64,000 nt of DNA from Octopus vulgaris (lineage: Eukaryota): assembly GCA_951406725.2 (NCBI GenBank), contig OX597840.1, forward strand, positions 19,034,001 to 19,098,000, in the 5' to 3' direction. Of this stretch, positions 12,640-26,758 are shown piece by piece (position 1 is the stretch's first letter; every line of letters starts with the position of its first letter). Made by a program: the position numbers and the translations under genes. The notes beneath the pieces were generated by a model. It did not search any database, was not told the origin of the DNA, and saw only the letters and a program-made list of their open reading frames with translations.

Positions 12640-13195
12640 GGGCTCAGAGGTTAAGAATTTAGCTTCTACACTTTTTGGTTTACCAAATCCACTCATAAGA
12701 CATTGGTCGGTTAAAAAGTTTTGGTCGAACTCACTTGCCTGAAATGCCAAGCAGCCGGCCGGATTGAACCAGAAAGCTCGTTATTGCGAGGTGAAATTTT
12801 TATCCTCACAGACAAGTGAAGTCTGTGCTTAGCAAGTAGAATGCATAATATCACATCAAAATGACGATAAAAGCATTCTAACAAAAGGAAAAAAAAATAA
12901 AGAAGAAAAATCAAGGCGTTGGTCCGTGGGATTGAACCCAAAAATTAGTGTTTAGGGAAACGAAATTGTTAAGAACAGAGCCACGACAGCAAATATCGAG
13001 GAAAGCATATAACATTACATCAAAATGAGGTGAAAAACATTCTAAAAAGAAATAAAAATCACCTATGCTGCTGCTGTGTGGGATTGAACTCAGAAACTAG
13101 TAATTAGCGAAGCGAAAATGTTAAGCACACAACCATGAATGCGAATATCGAGTAAAACGCATAACATTATATCAAAATGGTGACAAAACATTTTA
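12640..13195 (-). repeat. Degenerate family C SINE followed by a tandem array of three ~150-bp head-containing units
   Basis: GGATTGAAC...CATAA/CATATAAC...ATCAAAATG...CATT recurs at about 12760, 12930 and 13080. Confidence 0.6.
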
Positions 13196-13420
13196 CCCAC
13201 TTGCCCGTGACTGCGTTTATCAAAGAAAGTGCATAATACAACAATCACTTGTTATTCTCTTTCCACAGCACTACATACATACATTCGATGACTACAGATT
13301 CAATCCATCCCTGGAACTGTAAAAATCTGTAAAACTTTCCAGAAGTTTATCATTTAAATATATATGAGCATGTCTAGATATGCAACTATATGCATGAGAA
13401 TACATACATACATAAAACAA

Positions 13421-13830
13421 GCGCAGGAGTGGCTGTGTGGTAAGTAGCTTGCTTACCAACCACACGGTTCCGGGTTCGGTCCCACTCCGTGGCATCTTGG
13501 GCAAGTGTCTTTTGCTATAGCCTCGGGCCGACCAATGCCTTGAGTGGATTTGGTAGACGGAAACTGAAAGAAGCCCGTCGTGTATATGTATATATGTGTG
13601 TATGTGTGTGTATATGTTTGTGTGTCTGTGTTTGTCCCCCCACCATCGCTTGGCAACCGATGCTGGTGTGTTTACGTCCCCGTCACTTAGCGGTTCGGCA
13701 AAAAGAGACCGATAGAATAAGTACTGGGCTTACAAAGAATAAGTCCCGGGGTCGATTTGCTCGACTAAAGGTGGTGCTCCAGCATGGCCGCAGTCAAATG
13801 ACTGAGACAAGTAAAAGAGTAAAAGAGTAA
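13421..13830 (+). mobile_element. SINE family C, full length
   Basis: Complete copy. Confidence 0.92.
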
Positions 13831-13900
13831 AACAGAACACTCAAATCTACACATACATACATACATACATACATACATACATACATACATACATACATAA

Positions 13901-14266
13901 TGGCTGCCCCCTCGTTATCGAGTATGACCATTGCACGAAGCTTAACTGTTACTGGTGCTGTGATCGAATGTGACTTTTTAGCCCAGCTAAAGATCTACAA
14001 TGTCTTGTACAGAATTGGCAACTAATACCTTTACCAGTAATAGCCGGCTGTAGTTGTAACTGGGCTTCATGTACCTTTGCATGTCGTTTAAGTCCTCCTG
14101 TCGAATTACACTCTCTTCCACATGCCCAACATATATGATTAGTATGGTGTGTTACACCACCACCAGTGGCCAGGTTGTCACTCATCTGTCTCGCTTTATG
14201 ACTACGAGGATGACTCTTGAGTCCAGCTTTACTGAGGCAGGGTCTTGCACAGACACTGCATGTCAG
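13901..14266 (-). mobile_element. RTE-clade LINE 3' end encoding three C2H2-like fingers
   Basis: CSVCARPCLSKAGLKSH, CWACGRECNSTGGLKRH and CQFCTRHCRSLAGLKSH, then a short 3' UTR and a (TATG)n tail. Confidence 0.7.
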
Positions 14267-14470
14267 CATACATACATAACATACATACATAACACAAAAT
14301 GATGGTTAAAAGAAGATACTGCCCTTTACAATCGTGCTGCCAAGTCAATCTTGCTACCAGTCAAAATTTACTCCAACTTAAAAAAATGAGAAAAAGAGAT
14401 TACACACACACACACTCACACGCGCGCGTACACATAAGTATAGAGAGACATAGATATGTGTGTGTGTGTT

Positions 14471-14502
<32 letters not shown>

Positions 14503-14506
14503 CACA

Positions 14507-14562
<56 letters not shown>

Positions 14563-14899
14563 AACTCAAAGCGTGTCCATATGACATATTTAAGAAACAC
14601 CCAAATCTAAACAATAGTCGCATGACTTTTCTGATCTCATTTAAAACATATCGGAGGTATAACGATTACACGCCAAAAGGAAGCACAGAGCAATTCTACA
14701 CGAGGGCGAGATCACAAGTTGTTCTCATTTAACAACACCAGGATAATGCAGTCACTCAAGTTATGGAGGAAGTGTATTCAGCACGCAACAATGGCGGTAA
14801 AACTATCTGATATCATATAACAGCTTTAAAAGGATAGTTATTACATACAGACATGCATACACACATATACACACACCTGCACAGACACACACATACACG

Positions 14900-16050
14900 T
14901 GAGGTGTACTTTATTTAGGAGAGGCAGTTCTAATTGTAGATTATTGTAATTTTAGTATATCATTTAGTATATCATTACCACGCGTTTAAATATGATGGCC
15001 TGCCAACTTTTGTTATTTCAGATTGAAGGGAGCAGTTGTAGCTGTGCTTAGATCACAGCCTGCAATCACAGCTGGCAAGTTTGCAGAATACAGTCAGGAT
15101 GTGAAGACAAGTTGGAAGCTTCCTATGTAATAAAATTGTGTGTCAAACAGAGCAAAAATTCTACAGAAACTTAGGAAATTCCCCAAAGTATTTATGGATT
15201 AATTTTGACGCTAGCTTAAGAGGTTCAAAGATGCTAGAGAGGGTGCGTGGAAGAGAGAGTGACGTCCTAACTTCCAAGCTGGATGAGAAAATTTCTAATC
15301 TTCTTGATATATGTATATACTTGTACTTGTGGCGACATTCACCCTGGGTGGGTTGAGTCGGCTTCTTCTAGCACCCTCGAGCCATCGAGGAAGTTCATGG
15401 AAGAAGTTTCGTGGGAATATGTGGATTTCACAAGAGGTCCCCAACAATCCCGCATGTGGAGACATCCTGTTTGCCGCAGATTGTCCGCAGACGCAGGGAC
15501 AGAACGACCGATGAGCCGCCGGTTGCCGAAGCAGACACTCCGAGGATTTTCACCAGAGCCCCGTCTGCCGGGTTGTGGCCCTAACACCACTCGGTGTCAG
15601 ACCAATCCGCCTTGGGTGGCCCTACCAGGAACCGAAGTTGCGGACGGCATAGTTCTGACACTACCCGTTGCCAGCGTCCTCACCACGGTGAGGAGGGGAT
15701 GGACTTTGGGGACGCAAAGTCTTGATGAAGACCGTCGTGTATCATTAAAAAAAATAAGCAAACAGTTTGGACTTGGCGTGGCAACTAAGCACAACATTAT
15801 TCATGAAAATCCGAACATGTCCATAATTTGCGCAAAGTTTGTTCGCAGGGTGCTCAGTGATGAGCGTCCGGGTAACCAACTATTTGACAGAGATGGGCAT
15901 CAAAAGTGTCCCTTATCCTTCCTTACAATTCAGATCTTGCTCTTTGTGACTTTTGGTTGTTTCCCAAGGGGACAGTGGCTTTAAAGATAAAGGCGGCTGT
16001 GACGAAGGTCTTAGGCACTTTCACTTAGAAGGACTTCCATGGTAGGGGTA
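14900..16050 (+). mobile_element. Degraded mariner transposon
   Basis: YVIKLCVKQSKNSTET (HTH), LDEDRRVSLKKISKQFG...ICAKFVRRVL (WVPHEL-like) and YNSDLALCDFWLFP (YSPDLAP-like). Confidence 0.85.
15322..15718 (+). mobile_element. GC-rich insert in the mariner, resembling an RTE LINE 5' region
   Basis: Interrupts the mariner reading frame. GGGTGGCCCTACCAGGAACCGAAG...GGCATAGTTCT recalls RTE 5' UTR motifs (from memory, unverified). Confidence 0.4.
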
Positions 16051-16163
16051 TTTCAACCCATACACACACATACATACATGTATATGTGATCCATCCATCC
16101 ATCCATCCATACATACATACATCCATCCATACATACATACATACATACATACACCCCCCCCCC

Positions 16164-16242
<79 letters not shown>

Positions 16243-16248
<6 letters not shown>

Positions 16249-16727
16249 ATATTTCGGAATGGTCATTTTGCCAGTTTAGCCAATAAAAACACACGCACTA
16301 TATATTTGGTGTTACTTTGCTTCAGCGTTATTTATTTTTTACATTAATCTTAATCTTATTTCGGCCAGAGTTCTTTCGTCACACTCCTGTGACCTCATCA
16401 GTGGTCCTTTTCTTTCTTCTTTCTTATTTGTGTGTCTCTCCTTACTAACGGTCAGCCATTTTGTATTTTGTATTTCTATTGTATGTGTCTTCATTTGCGC
16501 ATGCGTATACCTCTATGTGATGCGGTCACAGGAGTGTGACGAAAGATCTCTGGCCGAAATAAGATTAAGATTAATGTAAAAAATAGATAACGCTGAAGCA
16601 AAGTAACACCAAATATATAGTGCGTGTGTTTTTATTGGGTAAACTGGCAAAATGACCATTCCTAAATACAATATCTGTTTCAACACAAGATTTCACCTCA
16701 AAAATCTTGCAAAACAAATATATAACC

Positions 16728-16728
<1 letters not shown>
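16243..16728. mobile_element. PLE terminal remnant with ~150-bp inverted arms (family D)
   Basis: 16245-16393 is the reverse complement of 16525-16675. (TA)n on both sides; diverged homologue at 50358-50790. Confidence 0.75.
16364..16405 (-). ncRNA. Minimal type I hammerhead ribozyme motif
   Basis: CCA-CTGATGA-G-GTCAC-AGGAGT-GTGAC-GAAA-GAAC-TC-TGG. The other arm has a palindromic stem III, GAAAGATCTC. Confidence 0.8.
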
Positions 16729-16817
<89 letters not shown>

Positions 16818-16951
16818 ATACATATATACAAATATTTCTTAAAACATGACCCTGTTATGTTGTCTTTTTTCTGTCTCTATCAATTAAATTTAATTTTCAA
16901 TATATATATATATATGTATATGTGTGTGTTAGTGTGTGTATGTGTGTGTGT

Positions 16952-17456
16952 TGGCATCCTTTTTGTCTCGGGAGACAATGGAGTTGCGCATAAAATAATC
17001 TAGTCCGGCTTTTACATTTCATGTCCTAATACATTTTCTGCTGTGGCTGTGTAGTCCTTTCCTGGACAAACACTCCCTCTGGCAGGTGCCGCAAATGTAG
17101 CGAAGACTTTTCCTGGCTGGTTGTAATGTCATAGTTTCTTGTTGACGTATTTTCTTGTCTTTCCATTTCTCCTCTCTCCCTCTGTCTCTCCTTTGGGTTC
17201 CCTCTTTTACGGAACGTCGCCAATCTCCACGGTTGCTGGCAACTGCTTCGCAGTTGCTAATATTGATGTCGGAGGCCTTCACGTTCCTTTTGCAAACATT
17301 CTTGTATCGTAAGAACGGTCTTCCTACAGACCTAGTGCCCCTAGCAAGGTCTCCGTAGAGTATATCTTTGGGGATTCTGCCATCTTCCATGCGGCTAGCA
17401 TGTCCAAGCCATCTCATACGTCTTTGTGTGAGGAGTGCAAACATGTTTGGTATTCT
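16952..17456 (-). mobile_element. RTE/BovB LINE 3' fragment
   Basis: [27 protein letters not shown]...GRPFLRYK...[21 protein letters not shown]. Confidence 0.92.
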
Positions 17457-17561
17457 GTATGTATGTATGTATGTATGTATGTATGTATGTATGTATGTAT
17501 GTATGTATGTATGTATGTATGTATGTATAGATGTATGTATGTATGTATGTATGTATGTATG

Positions 17562-17599
<38 letters not shown>

Positions 17600-17674
17600 T
17601 ATATATATATATACATTTATATATACATATATATATGTATATATATATATGTATATATATTTGTATATATATAC

Positions 17675-17725
<51 letters not shown>

Positions 17726-17740
17726 CATACATCTATACAT

Positions 17741-17800
<60 letters not shown>

Positions 17801-18027
17801 GTACATATATATAAAATTCATTTCAGCCATGTCACCACACACGTGCCTCTCTTCAGCTTTTCTCCTTCTCTCCTAACCTTTCAGCTATCCTCTTTCTGAC
17901 AAACTTCCATGCTCGAAATATGATATACTCATACTTTTTCCTATCCTATACTGACCATCAACCTAATACATTTCATATGTGCGTCCTTTTCACTTTTGTT
18001 TCATTTTATTTTTAATTTTCAATTTGC

Positions 18028-18059
<32 letters not shown>

Positions 18060-18191
18060 GTTTCTTTATATGGGATAAATTATATTGGTGTATACCGTAG
18101 TATCACACAAAATGGTATAGACACCGGCTATCCACAACGGTCCAGTTACATAGTATTCAGAACTGCAAATATTCCGTAGAGTATATAACTG

Positions 18192-18466
18192 AAAACCAAG
18201 ACGCGAGTGGAGATTTATTCACATCCAAAACTTATTAAAATGTTTTCTACAGCATATATAGCAATGACCAACATCTGTTTCTACTGCAGCAACTGCACAT
18301 TGCTCTGTATTCAATTATGCATCCTAGTCGCTGCAGTTTCATCACTTACGATGTTTTCAAAGTAAACTAATCCAAATAAGCTTCCTGCTTGTTATATAGG
18401 CTGTAGAATACTTTTTGATAAAAAAAGTTTCGGATGTGAATAAATCTCCACCCTTCTCTTGGTTTT
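18192..18466. mobile_element. MITE with ~42-bp terminal inverted repeats
   Basis: AAAACCAAGACGCGAGTGGAGATTTATTCACATCCAAAACTT matches the reverse complement of 18425-18466 with few mismatches. Confidence 0.7.
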
Positions 18467-18469
18467 TAA

Positions 18470-18680
18470 ATGTGACCACGTGTGTATCGTTGGCGATTTT
18501 TTCCTTCGTCTTCCCTTCCTTGGATCTTTCCTTTTCCTATGTTTCTGACGAAGAGCTCCGCTCAAAACGTTAAATCTTCCTTCTTTCTTTCCTTTCCTGA
18601 GCATCCAATAACACTATACCTGTTCCACGTCCTCGCGTTGTTGTGTTTTCTCTTTGTGTTTTCATGTTTGGATTAGCTTT
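18470..18680 (+). mobile_element. PLE-type remnant (family B) with mutated hammerhead at 18541-18575
   Basis: GTTT-CTGACGA-A-GAGC-TCC-GCTC-AAAACGTTA-AAT (GAAA mutated to AAAA); ends at (TA)n. Confidence 0.65.
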
Positions 18681-18945
18681 ATATATATATGAGTATACAT
18701 AGACACACACACATGTTTATATAAATATATATTTAATGAAACTACGGCACAAAAGGATGACAAAGGAATATATCGTAAAGCAGGATAATAACAAACAAAT
18801 TCAATAGATGCTGACATGCTCAACCCCTCATCAGTTACCGACCAAACATCATCATAATTTCGCGACCTTCCAGCAACATTGCCCAAATTAGCGGATAGAT
18901 AAGAGGAGAGTAGCAGAAAAAATAATAAGTGACACGGATACATAT

Positions 18946-18984
<39 letters not shown>

Positions 18985-19692
18985 CACATACATTCAGTGG
19001 TAGTTTTGATAAAAAATAACCAACTTAATTCACTTTGAAAGTTTGTATTTTTTATGCTGTTTCTAACTTTTTACGCTCCGTCCTGAAGTAGAACGCCCAC
19101 TAACTTGACAAACACTAGTCTAGTTTAGTCTCTAATTAGTTCTGATCCATCAGATCTATGATCAAAAACCTTCCCACCGTGACAATCCCTTTGTATTAGT
19201 GAAGTATTAAATAAGCTGTACAAGTTTAAACGTGTGTTGTTGTTGGTGTATGAAAATAAAATCGCTTTAAAATGATATAATTGAAAGAGCTCATCTCCAA
19301 GGAGATGAATTAAGAGGTTGGTGTAAACATATTTAATGTGGGGGACATGAAAATTCTAGCTAGAGATAATTATCTGGAAAGGATATAAAAACAATATGTA
19401 TTAGTGCGACCAACTAATTAAAAAGTTTGTCTCGCAATCATATACTCTCGAGTTCAATTCTGTTTCGTAGCATCTTAGGGAACATATCTTCTGGCATGGC
19501 TTCAGATTTACCAATGCCTTGTGATAGAAATTTGGTAAATGGAAATCAGGAAATCAATAGACGGAACTAAATTTTTAAATGTTCCACTCGTTGAATATGA
19601 ATATGATAATTAAAAAAATTAGTAGTTGCTAGTACGCGTGGAAGATCATCATTGTCATCGTTATCATTTAACGTTCACCTTTTTATTCTTAA

Positions 19693-20084
19693 CTAGCAGT
19701 ATCGCCCGGCGTTGCTCGGGTTTGTTCCGACCCTTTAGAATTGGAATTTTTGAAAAGTAAAACTTGTGCATTATGTAGCTTGTTATTATCTTTAACTGAA
19801 CATTTTTCTGGTTGAAATACACCGAAAATTGGCGACACAGCAGTCAAAAAGTCGTAAAAAATAGGGATTTTCATAGAAAAAGAGTGTCTTTTTGATGTAA
19901 ATTATTTTTGGTGTTAACATGGTCCGATTTGAATTTTTTCCTCTACGGAAGGAAGAGCAAGCCTTCTTCTATCATACTCTCAATTTTGGTCAACTTGCGC
20001 CGCAGGGTCTCGGAGGAGATAGTGTTTGTTGAAGGCTACCAAACCTGCCATACACAGACAACTTCAGCTTTATATATAGAGAGA
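19693..20084 (-). mobile_element. Non-autonomous Helitron (family H1)
   Basis: 5' TC, 3' hairpin CCCGAGCAACGCCGGG plus CTAG, inserted at A|T with no TSD. Copies at 28833-29220 and 58446-58672. Confidence 0.88.
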
Positions 20085-20406
20085 TTGTTTCAGATTGTAT
20101 TTGTCGAGGCAGATTTGCTATGACTGAATGTCTATCCTGTTGCCAATCCTTATCTGTTTCCAAATTAGGCGATATTCCCTTATAGTTAGATATAATTTTT
20201 TTCTCCCACAAAAGAAGAGAAACGAACAACATCGCTAGTATAACGGTGATGCTGATTTACAACCAACACGTGATAAGACAAGGGTATACACAGTAAGACA
20301 CACATGCATATACACATGTATTCATATGTATGTATTTATATCTATATACGTGTGTGTGTGCGTGTGTATATGTATATGTATATATGTATATATATGTATA
20401 TATGTA

Positions 20407-20467
<61 letters not shown>

Positions 20468-20468
20468 T

Positions 20469-20511
<43 letters not shown>

Positions 20512-20517
20512 GTATAT

Positions 20518-20698
20518 ATTTCTTTACTACCCACAAGGGGCTAAACACAGAAGGGACAAACAAGGGCAGACAAAGGGATTAAGTCGATTATATCGACCCC
20601 AGTGCGTAACTGGTACTTAATTTATCGATCCCGAATTCCTCGGCGGAATTTGAACTCAGAACGTAGCGACAGACGAAATACAGTTACGCATTTCGCAC
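20518..20698 (-). mobile_element. SINE family K, partial
   Basis: Reverse complement of the K body and tail. Confidence 0.85.
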
Positions 20699-20699
20699 T

Positions 20700-20930
20700 C
20701 CGTCGGTTACGACGACGACGGTCCCAGTTGAAATTGACGTGTAAGTGGTTGAGCACTCTACAGACACGTGTACCCTTAGCGTGGTTCTCAGGGGAATTCA
20801 GCGTGACATAGAGTGTGACAAGGCTGGCCCTTTGAAATACAGGTAAAACTCATTTTTTCCAGGACACAACGCATCGTCGGGAATTGAACTCACGATCGTA
20901 AGCCGAATGCCCTAAACCACGCGCCTTCAC
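20700..20930 (-). mobile_element. Degenerate SINE related to family R
   Basis: Tail block (GTAAGTGGTTGAGCACTCTACAGACACGTGTACCCTT) is the reverse complement of 28300-28385; a decayed tRNA-like head lies at the right end. Confidence 0.65.
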
Positions 20931-20975
20931 ACACACGCGCGCGCGCGCGAACGCACACACACATACACACACACA

Positions 20976-21350
20976 TATTAGGTCATTAAGAATTTAATGT
21001 TCGATTTTCTTTTGCAGCAAGTTTGACAGTCGTTAACTCTAATGTTTCATCCTGGCAATTCTTTGTTACTTCATCCCTTTTCGAAATGCAATTCATGGTG
21101 TTTGATTATATTGTGGGTTTTCTCTTTTAAATCAACTTTTGTGAACCCATGGATATATAAAAGAAATTCGTGTTGTTTATGAATAAGAGTTCTGTCATGG
21201 AACCAACGCATCCAAGTCAACTTGAAACATTAATGAGGTGTTCGGTGAAGATATGACAAACGAACGTTCTGTACGTCGATGGTTTGAGAAATTCCGCTCT
21301 GGTGACTTTACTCTTGAAAATCAGCCCTGTGGTAGACCTGAGACCAATGG
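20976..21350 (+). mobile_element. Mariner 5' end and N-terminal transposase fragment
   Basis: NINEVFGEDMTNERSVRRWFEKFRSGDFTLENQPCGRP. Confidence 0.88.
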
Positions 21351-21712
21351 TTATGTGTCAGCACATAACCATCTATCATTTTTCTGTTAACTTTTTGATC
21401 TTGTTCGAAGTTTTTTCTCGCTTGAGAAAAACCAAATCAAATCTTCTGCTGGATTTTTTCAGCTTGTTTAAGAGCCTTTTAGATCAGATATAATGATTTT
21501 CTTTTGCTTTTTCTGACAAATCGACCTTTCCTCATCATATAAGACTTATATTTGATGTCTTCTTGGAAGACATTTCTGACTGTTCCTTATGACACATGGA
21601 GATCTTTTGCAATTGACCTCATAGACTTTCTGGGATTGTAATCAATGATCTGTTGAACTTGCTGGATAAATTCAGTTGTTCTGATGATTTCAGAGTGTTT
21701 AGAATGCTTTTT
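21351..21712 (-). mobile_element. Second Tc1/mariner-superfamily (maT/DD37D-like) transposase fragment
   Basis: Minus frame IRTTEFIQQVQQIIDYNPRKSMRSIAKDLHVS*GTVRNVFQEDIKYKSY...KRLLNKLK. Confidence 0.8.
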
Positions 21713-21813
21713 ATGCTTTGATACTCTTATAATCTTTTACTTGTTTCATTCATTTGACTGCGGCCATGCTGGAGTACTGCCTTTAGTCGAGCAAATCGAC
21801 TCCAGTACTTATT

Positions 21814-21967
<154 letters not shown>

Positions 21968-22324
21968 GCATGTATGTATATATATATATGTATATGTATA
22001 TATACATATGTATGTGTATGTATGTGTACATATATGCTTCTGTATGTATGTATATATATATGTGTGTGTGTGTGTGTGTATATGTTTGTGTGTGTGTATG
22101 GGCAATATGGGCATCAATGTATGCGTGTACGTATGTACATATGTGTGTATGTTTGCTTATGGGTGCAAGTATGAAAATATGCCAGTTTTCATTGGTTATC
22201 TAAAATTTTCGAAAAAGTTGAAAAATATCAATTTTTCCCCCATTGATTCAGTCAAAAAGAGTTGATAAAAAAATATGACGGTCTTCATTCTGAAGGAAAC
22301 AATAACCACAGCAAAGGTATCATG

Positions 22325-22365
<41 letters not shown>

Positions 22366-22381
22366 CATCATCATCATCATT

Positions 22382-22417
<36 letters not shown>

Positions 22418-22742
22418 TTCCTCCTCCTCCTTTTGTTTTTGTCCCTGCTCCTCTTCCTCCTGCCCCCCCCAGACCCCTGCTGCTGCTGCTACACCTCCTC
22501 CCCTTCCTACTGCACCTCCTGCTCCTGCCCCTGCTACTCCTTCTGTCCCCCCTGTTCCTCTCCCTCCTCCTTCTCCCTCCTCATCTTCATCCTAATCATC
22601 GACCAGAACAACAATAATATTAACTGCAGCAACAATAGCATGTTCGTTATCAACATCAACAACATAAAGTAAGTAAATAAGAGCAACAAGAGCAGCAGCA
22701 GAGGCAACAGCAGCAGAAGCAGCAGTAGCAGAGGCAGCAGCA

Positions 22743-23112
22743 GGAGGCGCAATGGTCCAATAGTTAGGGCAGTGGACTCGCGGTCGGAGGATCGCGGTTT
22801 CGATTCCCAGACCGGGCGTTGTGTGTGTTTATTGAGCGAAAACACCTAAAGCTCCACGAGGCTCTGGCAGGGGTTGGTGGCGACCCCTGTTGTACTCTTT
22901 CGCCCCAACTTTCTCTCACTCTTTCTTCCTGTTTCTTGTCCCCGACTTCCTACGCAACCGCTGAGCCTGGATGCGCATTCATCCATCCGTCGATGCTCTC
23001 GGTGTCGGGGGTTGACCTGCTTTCTCTTCTACGGGTCTTACGAATAGCAAAGGACCACTTTTCGGACTTCTCCTATCGTGCGAGCTCTGAGACGAAGACC
23101 GTTCGCTCGCTC
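22743..23112 (+). mobile_element. SINE family R, alternative tail
   Basis: R head and AAAACACCTAAAGCTCCACG block followed by a distinct tail; inserted in (CAG)n. Confidence 0.85.
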
Positions 23113-23809
23113 AACAGCAGCAGCAGCAACAGAAGCTGTAGCAGCAGCAGCAATTACAGCAACAACATCATCAGGAACATGAACATGAATACCAGCAACA
23201 ACAACAGCTTCTGTGACATCAGAATAATGCTCGTGGCAACATTGAGGAGAGGAGGAGAAGCATCCACAACAGTAGTGGCATAGCTATTTACAACAGCACC
23301 AACAACAGCAACAGCAGCGAAAACAACACCTACAGCAACGACATCAACTACAAAGACAAGATCAGACGCATCAGCAACAACAGCAACAACAACAACAACA
23401 GCATCCAGCGGCATCTGCAAGAACATCAACATTAATAGCAATAGCAACAACGATAGAAAAATCTACAGCAATACCACTAAAACAGACTAATAAAAATATG
23501 CAAAGGAGAAAAAGTACTAACGAATTAATTATCAAATTTGTTAATAGATTGTGCAATTAAGGAGTGTGTCGGGAAACATTTAAGAATAATTGAAGGTAAA
23601 TCGTTAAAAACAGAGTGATGAATCGATGTTTTAATTAAGGATGAGCTAATTACCCGATTAATTTCAACCTTTTGATTTGAGGGGAGAACGGGGAGAGGAA
23701 CAATGATGAATAATTAAAAATTTGTCAATAATTTTATTTTTGAAGTAACTTTGTAACTAGCTCCTGCTGCTGCTACTACTATCAGTACTGCTGCTGCTGC
23801 TGCTACTAG

Positions 23810-23844
<35 letters not shown>

Positions 23845-24137
23845 TTACTACTACTACTACTAGAAAATCAAAAGAAAAACTGTACTAAAGTGAAACAGTG
23901 TAAACCAAGGGAAAACATTGTGCAGGCGTGTGGGTTAAGGGGCGAAGGCGTTTGATTTTGTTACGTGATCGGGTCCATAAAAATTCAACCATATCCCTAT
24001 ATCTTTCCACGCTTTTCTAGTGTTTTCCCTATTTAACGTTGTTTTATGGTGTGGTGCTATGTGGTGCAAATATCTTGTAAGTGCATGGTGAGCCGATGTG
24101 AGCGTGTTATATTGGTCTGCCCAATATAACAATATAT

Positions 24138-24365
24138 ATTTCTTTATTGCCCACAAGAGGCTAAACACAGAGGGGACAAACAAAGAAAGACAAACAGATT
24201 AAGTTGATTACATCGACCCCAGTACGTAACTGGTACTTAATTTATCGACCCCAAAAGGATGAAAAGCAAAGTCGACCTTGGCGGCATTTGAACTCAGAAC
24301 GTAACGGCAGACGAAATACGGCTACGCATTTCGCCTGGCGTGCTAACGATTCTGCCAGCTCGCCA
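24138..24365 (-). mobile_element. SINE family K, full length
   Basis: Complete reverse copy, head-to-head with a family C copy. Confidence 0.9.
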
Positions 24366-24368
24366 TCA

Positions 24369-24832
<464 letters not shown>

Positions 24833-24910
24833 GCCTAGAAGTTTGTAATTTTCAGATATGACTGCGACAAGAAATCTACCTACCTACCTACCTACCTACC
24901 TATCTACCTA

Positions 24911-25137
24911 GGCGGCGAACTGGCAGAAACGTTAGCACGCCGGGCGAAATGCGTAGCCGTATTTCGTCTGCCGCTACGTTCTGAGTTCAAATTCAGCCGA
25001 GGTCGGCTTTGCCTTTCATCCCTTCGGGGGTCGATAAATTAAGTACCAGTAACGCACTGGGGTCGATATAATCGACTTAATCCGTTTGTCTGTCCTTGTC
25101 CTCTCTGTGTTTAGCCCCTTGTGGGTAGTAAAGAAAT

Positions 25138-25139
<2 letters not shown>
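24911..25139 (+). mobile_element. SINE family K, full length
   Basis: Complete copy. Confidence 0.92.
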
Positions 25140-25179
<40 letters not shown>

Positions 25180-25750
25180 GTATGACAACCACCGTTATAT
25201 TATATTTTTGTTTAACCGTTACCGTTTTCAGTTTCGTTTTCGTCTCTCGTATTTACATCCGTCTCGTGCGTTCACATTCCTGTCTTCTACCAAGAAATCT
25301 AATGCTTACAGCTTAGTTTTTTTTCTTGGGGCTGGCCGAGTTGGAGCAAATATCAGAATTGAACAGCCGAAATTTGCTATGATGATTCGGTGTCTGACTG
25401 AAGATTGAAGGCTTCGAATGATTTGTCTGTGTTCCGTGTTTGTCCCTTCCTGTATTTCACGTTCTTTATATATAAAACATTTATTCTTATATATATATAT
25501 ACATATATATATATGTTTATATAAAAGAAAAAAAAGAAAATGGGGATAAGGGAGTTAATAATTGTTTATAATTAACAAATTGGTCATCTTCGCTTCTTAC
25601 GGCTGTTTCAATTAATACTCAATAATTTAATTACAAATTTGTGCATTAAATTTACATCAGAGGAAAAAAGATGTACCTTCGGTTGTTATACGTGGGATTA
25701 TCAATTCATTGCAGCATCCTCTAATTAAATATATGCATATATGTGTATGT

Positions 25751-26062
25751 GTGGAGGCGCAATGGTCCAGTGGTTAGGGCAGCGGACTCGCGGTCGGAGG
25801 ATCGCGGTTTCGATTCCCAGACCGGGCGTTGTGTGTGTTTATTGAGCGAAAACACCTAAAGCTCCACGAGGCTCCGGCAGGGTGGTGGTGGCGAACCCTG
25901 CTGTACTGTTTCAGCACAACTTTATCTCACTCTTTCTTCTGTTGGATCTGCTCGCTTAGCCAGCGGGGTGGCGTCATTTGAAGGCTAAAACAATGCGAAG
26001 CGCATTGTGATTAGCGATGTGTAGCAACATCTGATAGCCTGGTCGGTCTCGCTGTCACGCTG
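25751..26062 (+). mobile_element. SINE family R, third tail type
   Basis: R head; tail GCTCGCTTAGCCAGCGGGGTGGCGTCATTTGAAGGC is unlike the other R copies. Confidence 0.85.
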
Positions 26063-26453
26063 ATATATATATATATATATGTATACAAGGTTTTAGCGAA
26101 ACAAACCGGTTCCTGTGCTTATTTTGTAACTCAGATTCTTATTCTATTGCTCTCGTTTGCCAAACCACTAAGTTACGAGGACGAACGCAAAGCAGCGCTA
26201 GACGTCAATGGTGGATGGACAAACAGAAAAACACACACATGGACAACACATATAACACGTACACCACACATACACACACACATTCGAAGGGTTTCTTTCA
26301 GTTTCCGTCTACCAAATTTATCCATAACGCGTTGGTCGGCCCGGGTTAAAACAGAGAACACTTGCACAAGGTTCTGCACAGTAGATCAGAGCCAGAAGCC
26401 ACGTGATTGCAAAGCGACCTACTTAATCATATACATATACATACATACATGCA

Positions 26454-26602
<149 letters not shown>

Positions 26603-26619
26603 GTCTGTCTGTCTGTCTG

Positions 26620-26659
<40 letters not shown>

Positions 26660-26714
26660 TTAATATAAATATATATAAATATATAAATATATATTTATAT
26701 TCGTAAATATATTC

Positions 26715-26758
<44 letters not shown>

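Noticed and set aside
15283-15984. 233-aa ORF as a host gene
   Set aside because: Chance fusion of a GC-rich insert with a mariner transposase fragment.
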